Origin: a virus
Taxonomy: Duplodnaviria > Caudoviricetes
Strand: one strand, 5' to 3'
Virus record (IMG/VR): IMGVR_UViG_3300009506_000039
Coordinates: 1 to 56,262 of that record
DNA length: 56,262 nt
The position numbers were made by a program, and so were the translations under genes. Below are positions 19,095 to 28,703 of the stretch, one piece after another. The notes beneath the pieces are model-generated. The model was not told the DNA's origin, ran no database searches, and saw nothing but the letters and a program-made list of their open reading frames with translations. The stretch's first letter is position 1. Each line of letters starts with the position of its first letter.

Positions 19095-19166
19095 GCAGAA
19101 ACGTCGACAGTGGGTCGACGTATGGAAAGCACATAGAGAACCCACACACACAAAGGAGTCAGAGTC

Positions 19167-19598
19167 ATGAACGTTCAAGCGGTGACCACAGCGGTAGCGA
19201 TCACGCTCGGCGCGATCGTCGCCATCATGGGTGTCGACTGGATCGTCGACTACCTGCGGAAAAAGGGCATCTTGCCGCCCCTGGCCGAGTCGTCTGTCGT
19301 CGTGCAGTTCCTCGACAAGTTCGTCGATGCGCTGCGCAAAGTGTACAATGAGACGCCGCTCTCAGAGGTAGGACGTGAGGCTGTAGAGGCTATGGCTCGT
19401 GCGTTCTGGACGAGCGTGATCGAACCCACCCCGATCAAGTCGATCTTGACGCTTGAGCGCTGGCTCTCGTTCGTCGCCAAAGCATACGACGAGATCGCGC
19501 GTGAGGAAGTCGCGCAAGCGCGCATGGCCCAGGTCGCCACAGCACGCGCCATGAAAGTCGGGGGACAGCGCGCCGACGAGCGTTCCCGCCGAGGGTAG
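19167..19598 (+). CDS. Membrane protein (N-terminal TM), holin-like
   Basis: RBS AAGGAG; AVAITLGAIVAIMGV hydrophobic segment; basic C-terminus. Confidence 0.55.
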   Translation: MNVQAVTTAVAITLGAIVAIMGVDWIVDYLRKKGILPPLAESSVVVQFLDKFVDALRKVYNETPLSEVGREAVEAMARAFWTSVIEPTPIKSILTLERWLSFVAKAYDEIAREEVAQARMAQVATARAMKVGGQRADERSRRG

Positions 19599-19624
19599 CA
19601 CACACATCCCGACACTTTCCCCAC

Positions 19625-19665
19625 AAAAGAGACGAGCTTGAGAGATCAAGCTCGTCTCTTGTTTT
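19625..19665. terminator. Bidirectional intrinsic terminator between convergent late and early modules
   Basis: 15-bp perfect stem AAGAGACGAGCTTGA-gaga-TCAAGCTCGTCTCTT flanked by A and T runs. Confidence 0.9.
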
Positions 19666-19666
19666 G

Positions 19667-20437
19667 CTACCGACGCGCCCACGCGTCCGGGTCTGTCGTG
19701 CAGTGCTTGTGCGACGCAAGCGCGCGGATATAGCGCTCTGCGCGCGTCTTGCCCACGTCTGGGGTTGCGGCGGGCGCTCTGCGATAGATCGCGCACATCG
19801 TCGCCGTGAGCTCGTCCCACCAGGGCGACAAGACGAGCGCATGCGCGCCTTGCCTTTTCGTGTGCTCGACGTACTCGACGCGCTCTCGACTCTTGAACAC
19901 ACCCCCGAACCCCTCAAACAAGACCTCGGGATCGTGATCAAAGAGCTCTTGCACCCCCGGCGCACACGGCGCAACGTGCGAGAGCCCTTGTATAATCATG
20001 ACTGCAAGCTCGGCGGGCGTCGGGCGATCAGGGTCGAACCCCGCCGCGATCTGCCTCAAGTATTGCTTGCAGTGCACAGAGAAAAGGGAGCTCGGCACGT
20101 TCGTCGAGAGCACGGGCGACAAGAGCACGCTGCACGCCTCAAAGAGTCGAAAGCTCATGTCGTGCTTGCTCGTCGATGCTTGCAGCGCGTGCCACGGTCG
20201 GCGCTTGACGAGCTCGTCGATCGTCTTGTCTGCGCAGCCCATGGCCACGAGCGCCTGACGTCTCGTCTTGTACGTTCTGATCGCGTGCTTTGTCAAGCGC
20301 TCTGCCTCGTCGACTTTCCACCAAAACCCGCCGATCCCGTCGTCGCGCAAGAGCGCAGCGAGTCCCATGTCAAAGACGCCCGCGTCTTGTCCCGCCTGGA
20401 TAATAGTCTCTGTACTTGTCGGCGCTTGTGCGCTCAT
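19667..20437 (-). CDS. Hypothetical protein (256 aa)
   Basis: Overlap-coupled to upstream gene; ends at terminator. Confidence 0.7.
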   Translation of the reverse strand: MSAQAPTSTETIIQAGQDAGVFDMGLAALLRDDGIGGFWWKVDEAERLTKHAIRTYKTRRQALVAMGCADKTIDELVKRRPWHALQASTSKHDMSFRLFEACSVLLSPVLSTNVPSSLFSVHCKQYLRQIAAGFDPDRPTPAELAVMIIQGLSHVAPCAPGVQELFDHDPEVLFEGFGGVFKSRERVEYVEHTKRQGAHALVLSPWWDELTATMCAIYRRAPAATPDVGKTRAERYIRALASHKHCTTDPDAWARR

Positions 20438-20883
20438 TTGTCCGCCCCGGCGCGTTCGAGTGCAGCTTTGCCCCGTGTGAGCAAGTCGATCAAGTCGTCG
20501 ACTTTGTCGATCGGCACGCGCAGCTTTGCGCTTGTCTGCGCCCAGACGTCGTTCTCAGTGCTCAAGTACAAGCTCACAGTCCGGGGGTTGATCTCGACTG
20601 CGACGGGCGATCCCACGTTCGAGAGCATGAACGCGCGCGCGCCGGCGTAAAGCTCTGGGTAGTTCGCTCTGTGTTCGAGCTCTGTCTCACGTGCGCGCTC
20701 GGCAACTTGCATGCTATCCTCTGCGCTGCGCACTTGATCGAGTACGTCGGGATCGTTTGCGCTCGGCCCAGACAGCCAGCGCATGTGCACCCATTGCCCG
20801 GCTGCGGTCAAGAGCTCAAGCGCAGTGCCGACGCCTCTATAATAGACTGTGCGACTCACGGGGGTTTCCTCTGGGATTCTCAT
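20434..20883 (-). CDS. Hypothetical protein (149 aa)
   Basis: RBS AAAGGAG upstream. Confidence 0.75.
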   Translation of the reverse strand: MRIPEETPVSRTVYYRGVGTALELLTAAGQWVHMRWLSGPSANDPDVLDQVRSAEDSMQVAERARETELEHRANYPELYAGARAFMLSNVGSPVAVEINPRTVSLYLSTENDVWAQTSAKLRVPIDKVDDLIDLLTRGKAALERAGADK

Positions 20884-20960
20884 TGTGTGTGCTCCTTTGT
20901 GTGCACTTGGGGGCGCTCACGTCGAGCTTTTGCGCCCCTGGCTTATACTCTGTATACGTT

Positions 20961-23108
20961 CTATGCAGCAAGCTTGAGCTCGTCGCGCTCTTGTGCACGT
21001 CGAGCAAAGATCGACTCGACGTCATGCGCGCTCTCAAGTGCCCACTGCGCCTTGTCTGTCTTGCTTGAGCGCAGAAAGACGATCGTGTTTTTGCTGCGCG
21101 TCCACGCGACGTAAAGCAAGTTCCGCTCTTGCGCGCGCTCCCAGTCTTGCTCGGCTCTCGGGTGGGGCATGAGCTCTGGGGCTAGAATGTACACATACTC
21201 TGCCTCTAGTCCCTTGGCTCTGTGCACTGTCGAGAACGTCACAGCGGTGCGCTTGTCGTCGAACACTTGATCGACTTTCGCCTCAAAGTCTGCGACTGTC
21301 GTGCAGTCCTCAGAGAGAGCATAGATCGTCTCGACGCGATCCTCAAGCAATTGTGCCGAGTTCCCCTGATCTCTGCTTTCGAGTCGTTCGATCTCTGCGC
21401 GTGCGTACTCTGCAAGCTCGACGAGAATGCCGCTCAAGTCGTGATCGAGGAGCTTTGCGCTTTTCTGTACTTTCTTGAGGAGCTTGACGAGCCCCTCCCC
21501 CAAGTCTTTGCCCATGATTGCGGCTTTCACGCCCTGACGTATGAGAGCATACACGGGCTCGATCATCGGCGCGTTGCAACGGCACAGCACGAGGCTCGGT
21601 TGCTGCACTGTCGCATAGAACGTGCGCATGCTCTCGACTCTGATCTCGCCCTCTATTGCGTTTGGAGCGGCTGTGATCTCGGGCACGAGCTTTTGAGCAA
21701 GCGCAACGTGAGACCTCGGGCAACGCCACGTGACAGAGAGCGTCATAATCTGCGCGTCGAGCATATCCCGCAAGTGCGGCATCGCTTGAGCGTCGGCTCC
21801 CCGGAACCCATAGATCGACTGGTTCGGGTCGCCACAAGCAAAGACGCGCGTCTTTGAGTCTGCGAACTTGAGAACGGCGACGATCTGAGTGTGGTTGAGG
21901 TCTTGCGCCTCGTCGATCATAATGTGCGTGTATGTCGTGTGCGCTGGCGCGATCCCCTGGGCGACGACTCGAATCATGTCGTCAAAGTCTATCTTCCACT
22001 CGACTTGTGCGTCTGACTCTGCAAGCACTCTGCGCGCTTGCTCAAAGATAAAGTCGCGATCCCCGTTCGTGGGTATCCCGTAATAGTTCGACAGACTGTC
22101 GAGCTTGTCGTCTGTCATCTTGTCGGCACTCTCGACGCGCACGGCTTTCCAAACACTCACGAGATCGAGCACGTGCTTAGCTACCTCATACAAGTGATCG
22201 AGCTCGTCTTGTGCGTGCTCGATCTTGCGCTCGTCGCGCTCTTGCTTTGCGCGCTTGACGGCGTCTTTGTACGGATCAGTCAAGAGGAAATAGCACTTTG
22301 AGCCGACAATCGCCTTGCGATTGCGCAGTCTAGGAAAGCGCTCTTTGGCTGCGGTGTAGCACAGACTGTGGATCGTCGACGCAGTCACGCCCTCTGGAAC
22401 GCGATCTTTCATTGCATCGGCTATCGGCTTGTTGAACGCAAAGATCGCAGCGTGCGCAGTCTCGGGCAAGTACTCAAGTGCCCATTCTATCGTGGTTGAC
22501 TTGCCGCTCCCGGCGACGGCGCGCAATTGCACGTTTCCCGTCCCGTGTGCGACGTTCTCGAAAAAGGCGACTTGTTCGGGGGTGGGGTTGGGGCGCGCTT
22601 TCTTGGCGGCGGGTTGTGGACGAACTGAAAGCCCGAGCTTTGCGCGCGCGGCGTCGTGTGCAGCTTGCGACGCTGACGTCGACGCGTTCTGCGCAAGTGC
22701 ACTGCGCGCACTCACGGGGCGCCTGTGCTTGAGGCTGTCGTCAAGTGCGAGTCTGTACAAGTCGCGCAGCTTTGGAATCAAGCGCTCTGGCCAGCCGGGC
22801 TCTCTCGTCGTGTGCGGGGCTTGCGCGCCCGACATTGAGTACCACTGAGAGCGCTTTGTGTAATAGTACTCGACCCACGCGCGGATCGAGTCTTGCCCCG
22901 TGGCGTCTGCAATCTCAGTGCGGGGGTTGATCGACGAACGAACGACGATCCGCTTGTTCGTGCTCTCGCCGTCTGCGAATCTGACGGGGATCACATACAC
23001 GAGCTCTGAGTCTTGCGTCAAGAGCTCGAACAGCGGCGCGCCCGTGCGCTTGTCGTGCGGAAGCGCTTGCTCAAATTGTGCTCTCGTGTAACGTTCGACT
23101 TGTGTCAT
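20961..23108 (-). CDS. UvrD/Rep-family SF1 helicase with extra N-terminal domain
   Basis: AVAGSGKST, AFNK, STIHS, IDEAQD, GDPNQSIYGFRGA, TWRCP, STVHRAKGLE, ERNLLYVAWTR. Confidence 0.95.
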   Translation of the reverse strand: MTQVERYTRAQFEQALPHDKRTGAPLFELLTQDSELVYVIPVRFADGESTNKRIVVRSSINPRTEIADATGQDSIRAWVEYYYTKRSQWYSMSGAQAPHTTREPGWPERLIPKLRDLYRLALDDSLKHRRPVSARSALAQNASTSASQAAHDAARAKLGLSVRPQPAAKKARPNPTPEQVAFFENVAHGTGNVQLRAVAGSGKSTTIEWALEYLPETAHAAIFAFNKPIADAMKDRVPEGVTASTIHSLCYTAAKERFPRLRNRKAIVGSKCYFLLTDPYKDAVKRAKQERDERKIEHAQDELDHLYEVAKHVLDLVSVWKAVRVESADKMTDDKLDSLSNYYGIPTNGDRDFIFEQARRVLAESDAQVEWKIDFDDMIRVVAQGIAPAHTTYTHIMIDEAQDLNHTQIVAVLKFADSKTRVFACGDPNQSIYGFRGADAQAMPHLRDMLDAQIMTLSVTWRCPRSHVALAQKLVPEITAAPNAIEGEIRVESMRTFYATVQQPSLVLCRCNAPMIEPVYALIRQGVKAAIMGKDLGEGLVKLLKKVQKSAKLLDHDLSGILVELAEYARAEIERLESRDQGNSAQLLEDRVETIYALSEDCTTVADFEAKVDQVFDDKRTAVTFSTVHRAKGLEAEYVYILAPELMPHPRAEQDWERAQERNLLYVAWTRSKNTIVFLRSSKTDKAQWALESAHDVESIFARRAQERDELKLAA

Positions 23109-23151
23109 CGTCTGTGCTCTCTTTCTCGTGTGCTCTGTGTGCTCAAGTTAC

Positions 23152-23186
23152 GACTAGATTATATCATACTCAAAATACTTTGTCAA
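23152..23186 (-). promoter_or_regulatory. Early promoter class A, copy 1
   Basis: Minus strand TTGACA-17-TATAAT with TG extension and shared downstream CTAGTC. Confidence 0.85.
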
Positions 23187-23239
23187 GCATGACTTTTCGC
23201 AGCATGCAGAGACGATGTACAGAGCGGCGGCGTGTGGCA

Positions 23240-23285
23240 ATAGAAAAGAGCCGTCAGCTTGCGCAAGCGTCAGGCTCTTTTCTAT
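23240..23285. terminator. Intrinsic terminator
   Basis: 13-bp inverted repeat ATAGAAAAGAGCC...GGCTCTTTTCTAT. Confidence 0.75.
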
Positions 23286-23326
23286 CGGTTCAAGGAAATG
23301 GAAATATAAAGACGACGTGCAGCGCT

Positions 23327-23692
23327 CTAGCACTGCCACGCGTGATAGAACACATACCGTCCCGGCTCGATCAGGTTCTCGACGACAAGGAGCTCAAGCA
23401 AGTCGACGATCTTGGGCACGGGTGCGCGCTCGTGCATGATCTCGTCGCGCGCTCTCAGTGCAGCGCTTGCCGAACCCTTGAGCTCGACGCCCCAGAGACA
23501 GAGCGTGGACCCGCCGCGCATGACTCTGCACTTTGTTCCCGCGTCTCTCGTCGTATACGTGAGCTCGTCGAGATCAAAGACAGTGCGGAGGATCGTGAGC
23601 GCGCGCTCGCCATCGATCACTTTCTGATCGTCGACTAGCCCCCGACATGCCTGATCTCTTTTTTCGCTGTCTGTCTGTTGCCTGTCTGACAT
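23327..23692 (-). CDS. Hypothetical protein
   Basis: ATG 23692 with AGAAAGGAAAGAG upstream. Confidence 0.55.
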   Translation of the reverse strand: MSDRQQTDSEKRDQACRGLVDDQKVIDGERALTILRTVFDLDELTYTTRDAGTKCRVMRGGSTLCLWGVELKGSASAALRARDEIMHERAPVPKIVDLLELLVVENLIEPGRYVFYHAWQC

Positions 23693-23838
23693 TGATCTCG
23701 CTCTTTCCTTTCTGCTTTCTGTCGCAAGCTTGCGAACGTCTTGATCGCTATGCGCGTGGCGATCGCGCCCCCGGCGAGCCCGCCCAAGAGCACGAGCTCG
23801 ACCAGGAGCGCGATCAGTATGTCCCCCCAAGTGATCAC
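23635..23838 (-). CDS. Small membrane protein (67 aa)
   Basis: ILIALLVELVLLGGLAGGAIA TM segment; GTGA overlap. Confidence 0.55.
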   Translation of the reverse strand: MITWGDILIALLVELVLLGGLAGGAIATRIAIKTFASLRQKAERKERDQCQTGNRQTAKKEIRHVGG

Positions 23839-24173
23839 GAGTCGTCACCGACGCCCGACAGATCGAACGTCTCTCGCAGTATGCTTTCAAGTTCTGTCTC
23901 GTCGAGCGCGTCGAGCTCAGCCCCGAATGCTTGCACGTCGAGCGCTTGCTCTCCGCTGTCTTGCTCGATCTGGATCATAACGTCGAGCACGTCTTGAGTC
24001 GACGGAGCCATGAGCGTGTGCGTCTGCCCTTGCAGCGGTCCCCAGACCACGGCGACGTACACGCCGCGCCCCTTGCAGAGAAAACACAAGATCGAACGCA
24101 TGCTTACGGGGCTCGACAAAGAGAACCAGAGACGAGCGTCGGCGGGAACTGGAAAAACAGATTCGCCGCTCAT
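23835..24173 (-). CDS. Hypothetical acidic protein
   Basis: ATG 24173 overlapping the upstream stop. Confidence 0.6.
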   Translation of the reverse strand: MSGESVFPVPADARLWFSLSSPVSMRSILCFLCKGRGVYVAVVWGPLQGQTHTLMAPSTQDVLDVMIQIEQDSGEQALDVQAFGAELDALDETELESILRETFDLSGVGDDS

Positions 24174-24799
24174 ACTTGACAGATTATGCCGGTGATCATG
24201 TGCGCGTCGATCTCGGCGTTCATGCACTCGTTACAAACCTCTTGCCCGTCGTCCACTGCGTCGCCGCACAGACGGCATGAGCCGTCGAGAAAGACCCCCA
24301 TGATCGCCCACATGTCATCGTCTGTGAGCACGACGCTGCCCACGCGCACGGCGGGCGCGTTTCCGTCAAGCGTCCAAGTCGCGCCCAGAACCTCGAACTT
24401 TGCGCGCGACTTGCTCTCAGTGCTCACGGGCACAAAGACGAGAGCAGAGATCGTCGTCGTTTCCCCTGCGGCGTTTTCGATCTCGATCTCTTGTTTCTCG
24501 CCCGCAAAGCTCAAAGACGTCGACAAGTCGAGCTTGAGCTCTGACAAGACAGATGCCATGCTCACGGCTGCACCGCTTGCGCGCTCTGTACACTTGCGCG
24601 CGTCGGGATCGTCGGACGATCCTCTTGCCAGGGCAAAGCTTACGCCCTCCCCGACATAGAATCGCACGTACTCGGGCGCGCCCAGTGCAGAGAACGCGCG
24701 GGCGCTCAAGTACGCTGCGCCTGTCGGGTACAGCGTGAGCTTGACGTCGCCGATGGGCGCTCTGCGAGTGCGATCTCCACTTATGCTTTTCCAAGTCAT
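24170..24799 (-). CDS. Hypothetical protein with C-terminal CxxC...CxxC zinc ribbon (209 aa)
   Basis: CRLCG...VCNEC; coupled start. Confidence 0.65.
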   Translation of the reverse strand: MTWKSISGDRTRRAPIGDVKLTLYPTGAAYLSARAFSALGAPEYVRFYVGEGVSFALARGSSDDPDARKCTERASGAAVSMASVLSELKLDLSTSLSFAGEKQEIEIENAAGETTTISALVFVPVSTESKSRAKFEVLGATWTLDGNAPAVRVGSVVLTDDDMWAIMGVFLDGSCRLCGDAVDDGQEVCNECMNAEIDAHMITGIICQV

Positions 24800-26019
24800 G
24801 ACTCACCCCCGTCGTCGCCTTGCTCTTGCTCTCTGACAATCGAGACGGCGCGCAAGATAAAGGGCAGCGGCGCGATCTTGTCTGCTTTGAGCTTGTCGCC
24901 CGCCTCTGCGACTGTCATGCCGTCGTTCTCTGACAAGAGCACTCTGATCTTGTCGACGCACTCAACGACTTGTGGGGGCAGTGCGGGCACTTGCTGCGCA
25001 GCGGCCATCATGCCCCCGACAGAGCCCGCGCTCACGCCCGAGCCGCCCGGACTGCGCGACTCCTCAAGCTGCGCTTGCAGTGCAAGGGTCACAAAGGCGA
25101 TTTGTTGCTTGTCCATAGTCGACGAGTACGGCCCGATCTCTTGCGCTGTGGCTTGCTCTGACTCTGTGAGCTCGTCATAGTTCGGCGGGTTCGTCAAGTA
25201 CGCACGTATTCTCTGCCACGTCGCCGGGTACAGTCTCGGCGGCAACTTGGGCGCAAGCTTGTGCCCAGTCTCGCCGTTCATGAACGCCGTATACTCGTCG
25301 TCGGTCATCGTAAGCGGATCGACGTCGATCTCGATCGTCCCGAACTGTTGCTTGAGCACGAGCGCGGCGGGCGGGGGCCATGTGCCCTCCGACTCTCTCG
25401 GGGGCGCAAGCATGATGCTCAAGATCGAGAGCTCGTCAAAGCGATCGGCCCCCGGCAGACGCCACTTGCCGGGCAATTGCACGCCCCCTGACCACTGCGC
25501 TTTTCTGTGCGTGATCACGATGACTGCGCGCACGCCCTTTGAGTGCGCCTTTGCACAGAATGTGCCGATCAAGCCGTTCACCGCTGCGCCGCGTTGCCCG
25601 AACTGGTTCTTGACGATCTTGCCCGCGTCATAGCCGTATTGCTTTGCAGCCCATGCAGCGTGCTCGATGATCCACGACGTCATGCCTTGCTGCAAGATCG
25701 CGCTATTGTCGAGCACGAGCACTGTATAGGCGTCTTGCTCGAACGACTCGACGATCTGATCTGCGAGTGTGAACACAGCCGACGCGGGCTTGCCTTCACA
25801 CTCCTCATTGATCGCACGGTACAAGCCGAAAGACTTGCCGCCGCGCTCGATTGCTTGTTCGATTCCCTTGCCCTTGCTCTCAAAGTCAAAGAATGCGATC
25901 AGGCCGGGCCAGTCTGCGGTTGCTGCAAAGGTCGACTTGCCCGAGCCGCGCGGTCCCGAGACTCTGATCAAGCCCGATGCCTCACGGGGCAAGATCGATC
26001 TGTCTCTCAATGTGGTCAT
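24796..26019 (-). CDS. P-loop ATPase, Sak4/AAA_24-like (recombination)
   Basis: SGPRGSGKST, FFDFESKG, VLVLDNS, VIVITH; RBS AAGGAG. Confidence 0.7.
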   Translation of the reverse strand: MTTLRDRSILPREASGLIRVSGPRGSGKSTFAATADWPGLIAFFDFESKGKGIEQAIERGGKSFGLYRAINEECEGKPASAVFTLADQIVESFEQDAYTVLVLDNSAILQQGMTSWIIEHAAWAAKQYGYDAGKIVKNQFGQRGAAVNGLIGTFCAKAHSKGVRAVIVITHRKAQWSGGVQLPGKWRLPGADRFDELSILSIMLAPPRESEGTWPPPAALVLKQQFGTIEIDVDPLTMTDDEYTAFMNGETGHKLAPKLPPRLYPATWQRIRAYLTNPPNYDELTESEQATAQEIGPYSSTMDKQQIAFVTLALQAQLEESRSPGGSGVSAGSVGGMMAAAQQVPALPPQVVECVDKIRVLLSENDGMTVAEAGDKLKADKIAPLPFILRAVSIVREQEQGDDGGES

Positions 26020-27176
26020 GTGCTCTCCTTGTTTGTAACGATCACGTCTCTTGCGCCCAAGAGCGCGCGCAAGTGATCAAGTGCACGATCGCGCTCGTCG
26101 TCGTCTGCGCTGTCTTTCTGTGACTCAAGCGCTTTGAGACGTGCGTCTCGTTCTCTGCTATACAGTGCGAGATTGTACACGAGCGAGTATCCAGGGCACG
26201 GGGGTTCTTGCGTGTCACCCCTCTTGTGTCTCAACCAAATTTGCCCGCACCAAGGACACAGAGGCGGCGGGCGCTGCGACAAGAGACTTGCAAGCGTATC
26301 ACACACGCCGCGCGCGGCTGCAAAGATCGGCTCTGTCGGCTCGATCGCAGAGAACCGGGGCAAGTACGTCTCGCCCGCCCACGCGCGCAAGCTCTCTGTC
26401 AGTGTGGGGCCGATCCCCCTGATCTTGACTTGCCCGCCGAGTACTCTTGTCAGAGCGTGCATGAGTGTGGGCTCAATCCCGTCTGCGCGCAAGCTCTCTG
26501 CGACTGCCTCACGCGCTTTGCGTCCCCAGCCTTTCGGAAACGCGGCGCCCGTCCATGCCCAGTCGTCGGGCGCGTCTCTCAGAGCTTGCAAAGGCCTGTC
26601 AGTGTACGCGCTCAAGTCGCGCGTCTCTTTGACTCTCTCAAGACTTGCGGGCACAATGTACTTGTCAAGAACAGAACGAACCCAGAGCGCGATCTCGTCG
26701 TCGTCGTCGAGCACAACCCAGTGCCCGCCCCTGACCTCCCACCAGCCAAGCGCGCCCTCAAAGCTCTCGACGGTCCAGTCTGTCTTGAACCCACCCCCGA
26801 TCATGCGCCCGTCTGTCGAGACTCGCACGTCTGTGATCAAGAGGCGGCAAGCTGTGCTCGACTCGACCCAGGTCCGCATGCGCTTTTGTATACTCGCAAG
26901 ACGGGGGATCGACTGTAAAGCGTCGCCGCCGCTCTTTCTCTGCACGAGCCACGCGCCCGCGTTAAAGTGAGCGCGCATGAGTCGCGCTTGCTCGTCTGTG
27001 ATCGGGATTCTGTGAACGTCTGGCCATGGGTGCTCTTTCACGCTCAAGGGAGTCAAGACAAAGTCGCCGCCTGTCGCAGCCTCAAGCCCCGATCGAGAGT
27101 ACGCAACGTCGATCACAGTCTCGGGCAAGTTCGTGCCCTTTCTCGTCTCTGTGTTATCTGCGATTATGTCAGGCAT
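26016..27176 (-). CDS. ERCC4/XPF-like structure-specific nuclease
   Basis: IIADNTE...GGDF...LVQRKSGGDALQSIPRL resembles ERCC4 D-x-RE / GD / ERKxxxD-xxSI motifs (Q for E). Confidence 0.65.
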   Translation of the reverse strand: MPDIIADNTETRKGTNLPETVIDVAYSRSGLEAATGGDFVLTPLSVKEHPWPDVHRIPITDEQARLMRAHFNAGAWLVQRKSGGDALQSIPRLASIQKRMRTWVESSTACRLLITDVRVSTDGRMIGGGFKTDWTVESFEGALGWWEVRGGHWVVLDDDDEIALWVRSVLDKYIVPASLERVKETRDLSAYTDRPLQALRDAPDDWAWTGAAFPKGWGRKAREAVAESLRADGIEPTLMHALTRVLGGQVKIRGIGPTLTESLRAWAGETYLPRFSAIEPTEPIFAAARGVCDTLASLLSQRPPPLCPWCGQIWLRHKRGDTQEPPCPGYSLVYNLALYSRERDARLKALESQKDSADDDERDRALDHLRALLGARDVIVTNKEST

Positions 27177-27248
27177 GCTTTCCTCTTGTGAAAAGAGCGC
27201 GCAGCTTGACGACTGCGCGCTCTCTCTGTGTGTGCAGCGCAGATGCTA

Positions 27249-28496
27249 CTACAGCGCGCGCCACATATTGACAATCTCGGGGGTCAAGCCCAAGTCCGCG
27301 GCGACCTCGTCGTCTGACATGTTGGCGTAGGCGTCGCCCGTGATCAGGGCGTGAAACGTCGCGCCGTCATATGACGCTTGCGCGTAAGCCAGCGGCACGA
27401 CGGGATACTCGAACCCCGGAACGCTCGTCGGCGCGATCACGCTCTGCTCTTGCAGCTTGCTTGCAGCGCTGCCTTTGTCGCGATCGTACTCAAGCCCGAA
27501 CTCGACAGCCTCGGCGTCGGCTGCGGCATATGCGTCCTCAGCCGACAGCCAAAAGTCCTCGATCACGGGCAAGCGCTGTCTGCGCGTTTCCTCGGTCTGT
27601 TCGCCCTGATCGTTCGTGCTCGTGCGCGTGTATGTCGCGTCGACGCGGGGATCAAAGACGTACTGAAAGCGCACCCAGATCGGACGCGGCCAGGGCGTAT
27701 ACAACATGTCGAGCGCAGCGCCCAAGGCGGGGCTCAAAGTCATGCTGTCTTTCTGCTCCTCGGCGGGCAAGACGTTGCCTTGATCGTCGACTGCGGCAGG
27801 CTTGCGCTTGAGGGGGTCAGACTCGCCGAACGCTGCCCAGATTTCCGCGCGCTGTCTCATGAGCTCGCCCTCAAGCAAGCCCCCCGGCTCGTCCGGGTTC
27901 ACGTCGGGATCGCCCAAGAGCTTGGCAAAGTACGCGTCCGTGTATGAGCGATTGCGATCGAGCAAGCCCGACAAGTCGAACACCTGATCGGGCACATCGT
28001 CGAACAAGCGCGACGCTGCGGCAACCCATGCGGTCTGCACGAGCATGAACTCGTGGCGGTACTTGCGAGAGCCCCATGCCGTGATAAAGCACTCGCCCCC
28101 GATGCTCGCCCCGAACGATTGCACGAGAGACTTGAGATCGCGACTGTTGATCACGTCGACCGTGTTAAAATCGATCCTCCATACGTACTGAGAGAACCGA
28201 CGCCGCCCCTGATCGTCCTCGGGCAAGCTCTTGGCGAACTCATTGGCCTCTTTCTGAGTGTCAAAATAGTACCCGTATCCCCAGTGCCCCATAGGGATGC
28301 GCGTGATAAAACCGGGTCCGGGTTCGCTCACGTCGAACGGCGCAGAGACGCGCCACGCGGGGCGGGCCATAGCGGGGGCGATCCACCCCCGACTTGAAAA
28401 CTCCCCATCGGGGACTTGCGCGCTGGCGTCGTTCTGCGCCGTGCGCTTTTCGAGCCCAAATTGCTTGCGAAAGTCAGAACTTGAGAACCCTGGCAT
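27249..28496 (-). CDS. Hypothetical protein (415 aa), first gene of recombination operon
   Basis: RBS AAAAGGAGAGG; ATG 28496; possible C-terminal HTH (DDEVAADLGLTPEIV). Confidence 0.75.
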   Translation of the reverse strand: MPGFSSSDFRKQFGLEKRTAQNDASAQVPDGEFSSRGWIAPAMARPAWRVSAPFDVSEPGPGFITRIPMGHWGYGYYFDTQKEANEFAKSLPEDDQGRRRFSQYVWRIDFNTVDVINSRDLKSLVQSFGASIGGECFITAWGSRKYRHEFMLVQTAWVAAASRLFDDVPDQVFDLSGLLDRNRSYTDAYFAKLLGDPDVNPDEPGGLLEGELMRQRAEIWAAFGESDPLKRKPAAVDDQGNVLPAEEQKDSMTLSPALGAALDMLYTPWPRPIWVRFQYVFDPRVDATYTRTSTNDQGEQTEETRRQRLPVIEDFWLSAEDAYAAADAEAVEFGLEYDRDKGSAASKLQEQSVIAPTSVPGFEYPVVPLAYAQASYDGATFHALITGDAYANMSDDEVAADLGLTPEIVNMWRAL

Positions 28497-28654
28497 TATA
28501 GCCTCTCCTTTTGTTTGAGCGCGCGCTCTGCACGCTCTGTGATGGGAATAGAAAGACGAGTCGACGCTCTGACAGCTTGCGGGGCTGTCCGTACAGTGTG
28601 CGCTTGTGTGTGCTCTCCTTCCGCGCGCTCGTTCACATGAGCGCTTACGATGAC

Positions 28655-28683
28655 AGTATAGCACACTCACAATATAATTGCAA
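28655..28683 (-). promoter_or_regulatory. Promoter class B, copy 1
   Basis: Minus strand TTGCAA-17-TATACT preceded by GTGTGC. Confidence 0.7.
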
Positions 28684-28703
28684 GGGGAGTGTGCACGTCT
28701 TTT

